This document shows positions 52,541 to 64,000 of a DNA stretch of 64,000 nucleotides, piece by piece (the stretch's first letter is position 1; each line of letters starts with the position of its first letter). The stretch comes from Eledone cirrhosa (lineage: Eukaryota). A model generated the notes under the pieces. That model worked only from the letters and a program-made list of their open reading frames with translations, did no database searches and was not told the origin of the DNA. The stretch is from assembly GCA_964016885.1 (NCBI GenBank), contig OZ024742.1:293570001-293634000 (forward strand). Direction: 5' to 3'. The translations under genes and the position numbers were made by a program.

Positions 52541-52854
52541 GGGGGACAAAACAGTCAAAAGAAATCATAGCAGAAAGTTTTTATAGATTAAGTAAAGAGT
52601 CAGAGAGCAAAATATATATACATATATATCCACATACACACACGTGTGTGTGTGTGTGTGTGTATCTGCATGTATGTATATGTGTATATGTATATATGTT
52701 ATCTAAGGACATAAGTTGATTAGTTTCAACCCACTAATCAATAAAAAAAAATGTTACAGTAATCCTTCTCTCTCTCATCCCGTTGCTCTCTCACACTCCC
52801 TCTCTCTCTCTCACACACACACTCTCTTTCTCTTCATACATTTTCTCATCACCG

Positions 52855-53450
52855 CATTGCTCTCTCTCTCTGTCTTTCATCCCCCCATTGCTCTCTCCAC
52901 ATCCCCCATTGCTCTCTCTCTCTCTTTCTTTCATCCCTCCATTGCTCTCTCCACATCCCCCATTGCTCTCTCTCTCTCTTTCATCCCCCCATTGCTCTCT
53001 CCACATCCCCCATTGCTCTCTCTCTCTCTTTCATCCCCCCATTGCTCTCTCCACATCCCCCATTGCTCTCTCTCTCTCTCTTTCATCCCCCCATTGCTCT
53101 CTCCACATCCCCCATTGCTCTCTCTCTCTCTTACATCCCCCCATTGCTCTCTCCACATCCCCCATTGCTCTCTCTCTTTCATCCCCCATTGCTCTCTCTC
53201 TTTCATCCCCCATTGCTCTCTCTCTTTCATCCCCCATTGCTCTCTCTCTCTCTCTCTCTTTCATCCCCCCATTGCTCTCTCCACATCCCCCATTGCTCTC
53301 TCTCTCTCTTTCATCCCCCCATTGCTCTCTCCACATCCCCCATTGCTCTCTCTCTTTCATCCCCCATTGCTCTCTCTCTTTCATCCCCCATTGCTCTCTC
53401 TCCACATCCCCCATTGCTCTCTCTCTTTCATCCCCCATTGCTCTCTCTCT
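52855..53450. repeat. Pyrimidine-rich composite minisatellite
   Basis: Alternating CCCCCATTGCTCTCTCCACAT and CCCCCATTG(CT)nTTCAT units. Confidence 0.9.
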
Positions 53451-54549
53451 AATAAATTGTTGTCCAGAACAATATGAATATAATTATACACATATATAGG
53501 TTATTGGGGCAAAATTAATAAGCCAACACACTCCAGATTCACTACGGTAATAATACAAAACAACATAGAAAAAAACAACATAAAACTAAATCAGGAAGAA
53601 GATGCTCAATAATAATTACATATGGTTCGTTAAGTGGAAACAATAGGTGCCAGTATTTCAAACAATGAATCTAGCAATTAATAAAGAAATAATATAACAA
53701 CAACAAACAATAAAAGCAGTTGATGTCTTTGAAATATCATGATATTACTATAATGGTAATTCAGTCTATTTTAATCCATTTCTTAACAAATTTCTAATGA
53801 AAGATACTCAATTATTCTATTCTAAGACTCTATAACATGTTCTAGCCGACAGACTGAAGCCATGCTGGGGCACTGCCTTTGTCAAGGATTTTCAAATAAT
53901 TTTGGAAATAAATAAGAATATGGAGTGATTTTGTAATGTAACTTTCTCATTATTAACATAACTTAACAAAGGTTCTTATATATAATTATAATGAATGAAA
54001 TTTAAATAAATATAAACACTTAACACATTTAATTACTATATTTCCAATGAAGGACACTTTCTAGGATTTTCAAATAATTTTGGAAAGAGTAAAGAATTTG
54101 GAAGGATTTCGTAATATAACTTTCTCATTATGAAGTAGGTGTTAGTAGCATAACAAAGGTTTTTATATATAATTATGATGAAAGAAATTTAGATAAATAT
54201 AAACACATGTTAGTTGGATAACATCCATGAGCTTGGCTGGTCTCACTTGGGGATCCAGTCGCATCAGTTGGAAACACAGGACCCACTGGAAGAAGTTTTT
54301 TCAGGACTCTGCCTAGCAACCATAAACTGGAAACTCAATAATCTGATCATTGATTAATCTCATATATAAAACCTTCTATAACTCGTAACCACATAAAACT
54401 ATATTAATAGATAGAAACTCTCCTTGGAAGCATTTGAAATCTACAAAAAAACACATAAGAGAGATAACTCCAATAAGATCAGTTGATTAAATTTTTTTTT
54501 TTTACCAACACAGATTGGAGTGGATCTAGTCTTTTACCAGTGACTTTAA

Positions 54550-54757
54550 CCCTTTAGCATTTACATTACTCTATAAATACCACTGTATTTTCACAGTAAA
54601 GGCTTTACCTCATATAATATCAAATCTATGAGATTTAGATGATATTTATTTTGAGAACAATACCTTAACATCAATATGAGCAGCCAGTTACAGCCGGTTT
54701 GAACAGAAAGAGGTTAGAGAATTCTGGCTCAATTCAGCTGGTTTAAATGTTGAAAGG
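54550..54757. mobile_element. piggyBac-type MITE about 60 bp into the intron from the catulin exon donor
   Basis: TTAA|CCCTTTAGCATTTA ... TAAATGTTGAAAGG|TTAA. Confidence 0.8.
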
Positions 54758-54819
54758 TTAAAGGAAACTCCTGGGAGAGAAAGAGAGAGAAGCAGGCATG
54801 ATTTGTAACTTTGACTTAC

Positions 54820-54995
54820 TCTATCCTTGGCTGCCAGCAGCTGTTTGACCACTACTTTGTCTGCAAGTAACAATACCCGGGTGATGGCTGATAAAAGCTG
54901 TCTAGCAGCTCGCACCATGGCTGTCTTCTCTTTGATTGTCTTTGTCTGTCCTGGGTTGGCATCAGGAGTAGCTGTTAACTTCTGGATGCTAACAC
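54820..54995 (-). CDS. CTNNAL1: Internal coding exon of alpha-catulin (vinculin/alpha-catenin family)
   Basis: Acceptor ttttcag| (CAG at 54998-54996) and donor |GTAAGT (54819-54814). 176 nt, phase 1 to 0. Translates (G)VSIQKLTATPDANPGQTKTIKEKTAMVRAARQLLSAITRVLLLADKVVVKQLLAAKDR, matching the catulin/catenin N-terminal motif 'AARxLLSxVTxVLLLADxVVxKQ'. Confidence 0.92.
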
Positions 54996-57306
54996 CTGAA
55001 AATTAAGAACAGAATTAAGAAAAAGTTAATTAACAGAATCTATAACAATACAATTAATTAGAAAAAAATATGGAGATAATATAGTAACCCATTTGTTACC
55101 ATATTTCTAATGGCTGACAATGCCTAATATTTTCATGTAATTTTGAAAATAATCAAGAATTTCAAATGATTTAGAAATATAACTTTCTTATTATTAAGCT
55201 TATGATAACAAAGGTTATGATGGAAAGCTTTTACATAAATATAAACACTTTAAAACAAATTGTTTTGATCATACAAACGGGATATTCTTGCTGTGATGAG
55301 AGATCGGGTAGTCTGGAACAAGAATTTTGTACATGCTTCACCTTAGATGGAGGGATGATTCAAGAAGAAGAAGTATGCTTGTAACTCATAATCATGTATC
55401 ATTCTTTTGCTAATGGGTTTTAGATGCCCATGTAGTCACAGGAAGAAACAAATACCCTCTCAATCCTTACAGCATTGATCCAGCAGAACACAGAAAATGT
55501 GACAGCACTGGGTTGGTACTTTTTTTTTATCAACTCCAAAAGGATGAAAGACAAAATAGATCTTGGCAAGATTTGAACACGGAGCACCAAGAGCCAAATC
55601 AAATATAGCAACACATTCTCTCTGTTAGTTTAATGACTGTTAAATCAACTGCCTCATAAGTTTTAATAATCTAATTAAGTTGTATATATTTTAAATTTGA
55701 AGAAAGTACCTTTCATTTTCTCTTTCAATAACCATTCAAAGAAATCAATAAGGTTATTAAAGAAATCAAATATCTCACAAAAATATGCTAAAGTTCCCTT
55801 ATTTAAAGATTTAAAAGTTCATAGACAGATGAATATTACATTTAATTATTATGTAGAAATATTAATATAGTCTCACAATTTAGACATACTTCATGTAAAT
55901 TCAACTTAATAATTTCAAAGTATCTAATTCTCTGACAGCCAAACAAGAAAAGATTAAAAGGCAGACATATTATGTATTTATTCATCAGATATTTTTATTT
56001 TCATTAAATATTTATCATCATTCAAAATCAGAAACCATGATACTTCCTTGAATAAATCAATCTAATTCATGTGTCTTTTTCTCATGTATATGAAAGCTTA
56101 GTGGTTAGGGTGTTGGGCTTACAATTGTAAGGTCATGGGTTTAACTTCTGAACCGACCAACATACTTTATTTCATTTTACTCTAATCTACTCAGCTGGAA
56201 AAATTAGTTGTGACAGCACTGATGGCAAGCTATCGACCTTTGCTTTCTCTTTGGACAACATTGAAGCTGTGTAGAGGGAAGACATGCATGCATGGATGTC
56301 TGCCAGTCTTCCACAAAACACCCTGCCCAGGCTTGTGTCTCAGAGAGTCAAAAGCCACAATCAGTCAGTCAAGGGTGCAGAATCCATGGCCACTCATGAC
56401 TGAAAAAGGGTTTTTTTTTGTTGTTTTTTTCATTTACATCATCATCATCAGGTATCATCTGCTCTCACGAGATTAAATACCATGGATGGCTCTAACATTA
56501 TCCATGGTTAACTGCATGTGTGTGTACATGGTAGAGTTCCAACCCGTCCCTGGTGAATGGTAAATTAAAGCAGGATTTGAACGTAGAATACAAAGGGCCA
56601 GAAGAAATACCACAAGAAATCCCATAACACAAACTATTCTGCTAGTCCACCCAACTAGACTGGAATAATTCTATTTATCAACGCTGGAAAGATGAAATTG
56701 TAGGGTTGTCCATGGCAACCTTTGAACTCAAAACACAAAATGCTGGAATAAAAACCATAAGGTTGTCCAGCACTCTAATAATTCTGTTAATTCTCCAACT
56801 CTGAACCCATTTAAGACCACATTTCTAATGAAATGCACTATTTCAATTAAAACCAATCCTTTATAGGACAATTTAGTCTATTAATGGAATATACCATGTA
56901 AATACAGTTTAATAGAAAAAGAAAAAAAGATAATTTAGATTGAGAAGGAAGAATGAAATGTAAAATAGGAAAATATAAAGAAAAGAGAAAAGAAAAAAAA
57001 CGGAAAAGAATTAATGAAGAATTTAGAGAGATATACAAAAAATATTTATTTCATTATTAAGCTGGTTCTCATACCATAACAAAAGGTTTTACTATAAAAT
57101 TATTTTGGCAGATATTTATTTAAATAGGAACCCTTTGAGTAGTTTTGTTTCCTAGAACCAGAGGCAATTGGGTGGATTGTTATCAAAAGCGAAGGGTTGA
57201 ATAATAAATATGTACTGAAGCTAGTGGGGTAAGCCATGAAATGCAAAACTCAAATTCTTAGTCAACCTTAAGATATATAATATATTTAACTCTAATACTA
57301 GTATGT

Positions 57307-57645
57307 GAAGGCACATGGCTTAGTAGTTAGAGTTTTGGGGTTTGTAATCATGAGGTTGTGAGTTCGATTCTCGAATCTGGTGATGCATTGTGCAAGACAC
57401 TTTATTTCACATTGCCCTAGTTTACTCAACCATAGAAATAAATGAGTTGTGATGTCACTGGCGCCAAGCTGTACCATTGCCTTTCCCTTGGACAACATGG
57501 GTGGCATGGAAAGGGGAGACTCGTATGCATATGGGTGAGTGCTGGTCTTCCATAAACAACCTTGCCCGGACTAGCACCTCGGAGGGGGAATTTTCTAGGT
57601 GCAAATCCTACAGGCATGTGTAACTGAAGAAGGTCTTTACCCAAT
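57307..57645 (+). mobile_element. tRNA-CORE SINE with a third tail type
   Basis: GGCACATGGCTTAGTAG head and CORE, then GAGTTGTGATGTCACTGGCGCCAAGCTGTA... A fragment of the same tail occurs at about 1482-1538. Confidence 0.75.
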
Positions 57646-57713
57646 ACCAGTATTAAGTCCCTCACTCCAATCAGTAAATGTTTGCTGTTATTTAGAATTC
57701 TCTAAGTTTACAA

Positions 57714-60700
57714 CATTTCTCTCACCCACCTAACAATGCTGACTCCAGTTCTACCAGGGGTTTCTCTCACCCACCTAACAATGCTGACTCCAGTTCTACC
57801 AGGGGTTTCTCTCACCCACCTAACAATGCTGACTCCAGTTCTACCAGGGGTTTCTCTCACCCACCTAACAATGCTGACTCCAGTTCTACCAAGGGTTTCT
57901 CTCACCCACCTAACAATGCTGACTCCAGTTCTACCAGGGGTTTCTCTCACCCACCTAACAATGCTGACTCCAGTTCTACCAGGGGTTTCTCTCACCCACC
58001 TAACAATGCTGACTCCAGTTCTACCAAGGGGTTTCTCTCACCCACCTAACAATGCTGACTCCAGTTCTACCAGGGGTTTCTCTCACCCACCTAACAATGC
58101 TGACTCCAGTTCTACCAGGGTTTTCTCTCACCCACCTAACAATGCTGACTCCAGTTCTACCAGGGGTTTCTCTCACCCACCTAACAATGCTGACTCCAGT
58201 TCTACCAGGGGTTTCTCTCACCCACCTAACAATGCTGACTCCAGTTCTACCAGGGGTTTCTCTCACCCACCTAACAATGCTGACTCCAGTTCTACCAGGG
58301 GTTTCTCTCACCCACCTAACAATGCTGACTCCAGTTCTACCAGGGTTTCTCTCACCCACCTAACAATGCTGACTCCAGTTCTACCAGGGGTTTCTGTCAC
58401 CCACCTAACAATGCTGACTCCAGTTCTACCAGGGGTTTCTCTCACCCACCTAACAATGCTGACTCCAGTTCTACCAGGGGTTTCTCTCACCCACCTAACA
58501 ATGCTGACTCCAGTTCTACCAAGGCTTTTCTCTCACCCACCTAACAATGCTGACTCCAGTTCTACCAGGGGTTTCTCTCACCCACCTAACAATGCTGACT
58601 CCAGTTCTACCAAGGCTTTTCTCTCACCCACCTAACAATGCTGACTCCAGTTCTACCAAGGCTTTTCTCTCACCCACCTAACAATGCTGACTCCAGTTCT
58701 ACCAGGGGTTTCTCTCACCCACCTAACAATGCTGACTCCAGTTCTACCAAGGGTTTTCTCTCACCCACCTAACAATGCTGACTCCAGTTCTACCAGGGGT
58801 TTCTCTCACCCACCTAACAATGCTGACTCCAGTTGTACCAAGGGTTTCTCTCACCCACCTAACAATGCTGACTCCAGTTCTACCAGGGGTTTCTCTCACC
58901 CACCTAACAATGCTGACTCCAGTTCTACCAAGGGTTTCTCTCACCCACCTAACAATGCTGACTCCAGTTCTACCAAGTGTTTCTCTCACCCACCTAACAA
59001 TGCTGACTCCAGTTCTACCAAGGGTTTTCTCTCACCCACCTAACAATGCTGACTCCAGTTCTACCAGGGTTTCTCTCACCCACCTAACAATGCTGACTCC
59101 AGTTCTACCAAGGGTTTTCTCTCACCCACCTAACAATGCTGACTCCAGTTCTACCAAGGGTTTTCTCTCACCCACCTAACAATGCTGACTCCAGTTCTAC
59201 CAGGGTTTCTCTCACCCACCTAACAATGCTGACTCCAGTTCTACCAAGGGTTTCTCTCACCCACCTAACAATGCTGACTCCAGTTCTACCAAGGGTTTTC
59301 TCTCACCCACCTAACAATGCTGACTCCAGTTCTACCAGGGTTTCTCTCACCCACCTAACAATGCTGACTCCAGTTCTACCAAGGGTTTTCTCTCACCCAC
59401 CTAACAATGCTGACTCCAGTTCTACCAAGGGGTTTCTCTCACCCACCTAACAATGCTGACTCCAGTTCTACCAGGGGTTTCTCTCACCCACCTAACAATG
59501 CTGACTCCAGTTCTACCAAGGGGTTTCTCTCACCCACCTAACAATGCTGACTCCAGTTCTACCAAGGGGTTTCTCTCACCCACCTAACAATGCTGACTCC
59601 AGTTCTACCAAGGGGTTTCTCTCACCCACCTAACAATGCTGACTCCAGTTCTACCAAGGGGTTTCTCTCACCCACCTAACAATGCTGACTCCAGTTCTAC
59701 CAAGGGGTTTCTCTCACCCACCTAACAATGCTGACTCCAGTTCTACCAGGGGTTTCTCTCACCCACCTAACAATGCTGACTCCAGTTCTACCAAGGGGTT
59801 TCTCTCACCCACCTAACAATGCTGACTCCAGTTCTACCAGGGGTTTCTCTCACCCACCTAACAATGCTGACTCCAGTTCTACCAGGGGTTTCTCTCACCC
59901 ACCTAACAATGCTGACTCCAGTTCTACCAAGGGTTTTCTCTCACCCACCTAACAATGCTGACTCCAGTTCTACCAGGGGTTTCTCTCACCCACCTAACAA
60001 TGCTGACTCCAGTTCTACCAAGGGGTTTCTCTCACCCACCTAACAATGCTGACTCCAGTTCTACCAGGGGTTTCTCTCACCCACCTAACAATGCTGACTC
60101 CAGTTCTACCAGGGGTTTCTCTCACCCACCTAACAATGCTGACTCCAGTTCTACCAAGGGTTTTCTCTCACCCACCTAACAATGCTGACTCCAGTTCTAC
60201 CAGGGTTTCTCTCACCCACCTAACAATGCTGACTCCAGTTCTACCAGGGATTTCTCTCACCCACCTAACAATGCTGACTCCAGTTCTACCAGGGGTTTCT
60301 CTCACCCACCTAACAATGCTGACTCCAGTTCTACCAGGGGTTTCTCTCACCCACCTAACAATGCTGACTCCAGTTCTACCAAGGGTTTCTCTCACCCACC
60401 TAACAATGCTGACTCCAGTTCTACCAGGGTTTCTCTCACCCACCTAACAATGCTGACTCCAGTTCTACCAGGGGTTTCTCTCACCCACCTAACAATGCTG
60501 ACTCCAGTTCTACCAAGGGTTTTCTCTCACCCACCTAACAATGCTGACTCCAGTTCTACCCAGGGGTTTCTCTCACCCACCTAACAATGCTGACTCCAGT
60601 TCTACCAGGGGTTTCTCTCACCCACCTAACAATGCTGACTCCAGTTCTACCCAGGGGTTTCTCTCACCCACCTAACAATGCTGACTCCAGTTCTACCAGG

Positions 60701-60763
60701 GGTTTCTCTCACCCACCTAACAATGCTGACTCCAGTTCTACCAGGGTTTCTCTCACCCACCTA
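57714..60763. repeat. 45-bp tandem satellite, about 67 copies
   Basis: Unit TCTCTCACCCACCTAACAATGCTGACTCCAGTTCTACC-[AGGGGTT], contiguous with no unique spacers. Copy number is length divided by period. Confidence 0.97.
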
Positions 60764-61955
60764 AGTGCTCCAATCACAATTGGTACCACTATTCCTTTCA
60801 TCTACATATTCTCAACTTTGCATACTATTATTATTATTGGCCAGTGGATTGGCAGAATCGGTAGAGTGCCGAACAACATGCTTTACAGTATATAGTTACG
60901 GCCCAGAGTCTCCTGCTGGTTGGTTTTGCCGTAAAATGTGCGCAGCAATTCTTTCCTGAGACAGTCTAACTACATGCCCATAGTACCAGAGCTGTGATCT
61001 CTCAATTCAAAGAAATAGTGGTTCTACCTGGAGCAACTCTCTCATCTACAAGCTATGCACTCTATCAAGTAACATTACTTCAAAAACCCTTCAGAGCAAC
61101 ACCATTTCGGCCGCTTGTATTCACAATTGTATTCTTTCAGTCATTATCCAAGATTCATGACCATAGGTAAGGGTTGGCATAAATACTGAATAGTAATAAG
61201 GCAAAACAAGAAGAAAAAAATCTAGGAAATATCACAATTCTAGAGAAATTAGAACAGAAATTGACCTGAAAATGTATCTGGGAGCAAGTAAGATCAAACC
61301 TTTTTTAAAGTAAAGCTAGAAATAAAAACTAAATAAGTCCAATTAACACCTATGTGGTGCCATCAATCTACAACACAGCTGCAATCTTATAATAGGATTA
61401 CAGTGATAACAAGACTTCAAATGAAGACACAGTGGAATTTCTAATGGTTATTGGTGGGGGTGGGGGTGGGGGGTATTGTGATAAAGAGAGGAGGAGATTG
61501 AGAATAAAAGAGGGGTACATTGAGAGAGAGAGTGATAGAGAGGGGTGATAAAGAGAGGGGAGGTGAGAGAAAGGAGTGATAGAGAGTGCTATGCCTGAAG
61601 GAAACCAACATCAATTATTATAATTCAATGGAATCAATGGACAGGAAGGATGAGGGGGAGTAGGCCATACATGTATATATATATACACACATACACACAC
61701 ACATATATATATATATATACACACACATACACACACACATTTATGTATATATACAGTGAGCTCTCATGAAATCAGTTATATTGAGGAATAAAGAGATGAA
61801 TAAACCTTTTATACACACACACACATATATATATATATACACACACACATACATATATATATATATACACACACACACAAAACAAGATATGCATACAGAA
61901 ACACATATATACATACACATAAAACAAGATATGCATACAAAAACATATATATATA

Positions 61956-62739
61956 TATAATAACTAGAGATTTATTAACATATAAATAAACATGAATAAT
62001 CACAGGAGATAATTTTTACAAGTGTGTAACCACACATAGCTAGGTAGGTAACTAAATAAAGTTGACCAGAACTTCAAAAATAGATACCTTATAATATGAT
62101 TAATCTTCCCTGTATATATTCCATTAAAGAAATATATTTCACCAATTAATCGGATGGTAAACCACAGAAGTGGAGACTTGGATTTTCAACAAGGAAGAAG
62201 TTCCAGCATCCGTGTTTACACTTCAAATTTAAATCAGCGACTGGCCAGCACCACGTGTAGTATTTACTAGAAATATACACATTAACTTAATTTTGGATAT
62301 AGATATATAAATACGGCTCCTTAATTGTAGAGCTAACTCTGTTGAAAGGACTCGACTGTTGTTTCTAGTTGTCGATAACCCTATTCACGCCACTGGGACG
62401 AAGCTAGTATGATGTGTGTATTTCTAGTAGATATAACACGTGGTGCTGGCCAGTCGCTGATTTGAATTTGAAGTGTAAACACAGATTGCTGGAACTTCTT
62501 CCTTGTTGAAAATCCAAGTCTCCACTTCTGTGGTTTACCATCCGATTAATTGGTGAAATATATTTCTTTAATGGAATATATACAGGGAAGATTAATCATA
62601 TTATAAGGTATCTATTTTTGAAGTTCTGGTCAACGTTATTTAGTTACCTACCTAGCTATGTGTGGTTACACACTTGTAAAAATTATCTCCTGTGATTATT
62701 CATGTTTATTTATATGTTAATCAATCTCTAGTTATTATA
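61956..62739. repeat. Long inverted repeat (fold-back): arms about 61956-62282 and 62412-62739
   Basis: TATAATAACTAGAGA...CCACGTGT is the reverse complement of ACACGTGG...TCTCTAGTTATTATA, with few mismatches. Confidence 0.93.
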
Positions 62740-62868
62740 AAATGCTCAGACCTACTCGTTAGAATCTTAGAGCTTATTTTGCGGGTGATATGGCGCATGT
62801 CTTTCTGGCATGACACCCATAATTTTGATTTAGATTAAATTCGTTTGATTTATCTTAATTTTGGATAT

Positions 62869-62912
<44 letters not shown>

Positions 62913-64000
62913 ATACACATGCACATATATATATACACACACATAATCACAAACAGATATATATATATATACATGCATATACACATGCACACACATAATC
63001 ACAAACAGATATATACAAATATATATATATGTGGACATACACAGAAATACACCCACAAACAAACTTATACACACACATACATGTTTTTTAAAGAAAAAAA
63101 AACACTTCATGGACACACATCTTTTGATTTAGAAGAGAAATTTAGTTAATAATTGCTGTGATGGCATCCATCCTCTCAAGAAAGCTTGTGTAGTGTGCTT
63201 TACATGTGAGTAGGGTTACACTGAAGCAGGTGGCAAAGTTCAAGTATCTCAGGGCTGCTTTCACAAGTGATGGAAGACAGAAGGCTGAATTAAATGCAAG
63301 AATTGCTGGAGTTGGTGTACCAGCTTCACCACTTCACACATTTTCTAAATTTTCAAACCTGCCTCTCTCTTAATTTTTTTTATTTTTATAAAGTTTGATT
63401 TTTTTTTTAAATATCTAAATGGCAAATTTCAAATTTCTGGAGTAAATACAGTAATTAAAAGTCTACTCCTTCCCCTCTCTCTTTATCTCTATGATTCCTC
63501 CTCTTTCTTTCTGTCTTCTCTCTCCTTCTGATAACCTGAACATTTTAATCACTAGTATATTTCATTATATATGAAAGTATCAAATTAATTAGATATGTAA
63601 TTACTCTGTATTTTATCTTCATATTTTCATGGTTTTTAGTAGTATCTCGATCTCCTCACCACCACCACCATACACCACCACCTTTACCAACAACAACAAC
63701 ACCACCATACACCAAATCACAAACTGCTGACACCAGTCATACTAATATAATTTTTCATGAAATACACTATTCCAATTTAATGTTGAAGAGATTGGATGAA
63801 TTTATTAGAATTATTCATTTACTAAGATGAGTAACTTAAATGGTTTTTATATAAAATCATATTGGAAAATTTGAATTTAAATAGGGTCCCATAAAATGGG
63901 TGGTTTTGTTTAGTAGAAGGTGAGCTTGTTTTAACCAGGCTGGTATCAAAAGCATTAAACCTTTAGCATTCACATTACTCTATAGTGGATTGGCAGTATC

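Noticed and set aside
52060-53499. Long ORFs of 219-253 aa
   Set aside because: Low-complexity translations of minisatellites.
54688-54819. ORF-track extension beyond the catulin exon (likewise 16498-16512 and 16633-16689)
   Set aside because: These parts lie outside canonical GT/AG splice sites and read into intron or MITE sequence.
57714-60763. CRISPR-like array, or repeat-protein ORFs (MLTPVLPGVSLTHLT)n
   Set aside because: Units are contiguous with no unique spacers and no cas genes. The ORFs arise from a 45-bp period and shift frame repeatedly.

Overview
AT-rich, microsatellite-dense animal genomic DNA. The SINE/LINE families and (CAT)n tails suggest a coleoid cephalopod such as Octopus (inference). 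The window lies inside one minus-strand host gene, alpha-catulin (CTNNAL1-like, vinculin/alpha-catenin family). Only two consecutive coding exons are present (54820-54995 and 16513-16632), separated by a 38,187-bp intron, and almost everything else is intronic mobile DNA. There are three long RTE-clade LINE copies from two families, each with a C4HC3 PHD finger inserted inside the RT domain; two of them form a near-identical inverted pair. tRNA-derived SINEs borrow their 3' tails from these LINEs. Also present: a 2.6-kb non-coding LTR element with a tRNA-Trp PBS, non-canonical LTR ends and a 26-28-bp target duplication; a non-autonomous Helitron; piggyBac- and Tc1-type MITEs; a 5'-truncated 5S rRNA copy abutting a SINE; a ~330-bp-arm fold-back; and a 3-kb 45-bp satellite. 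No prokaryotic features or CRISPR array. All alignments were done by eye, and family names are from memory rather than database searches.
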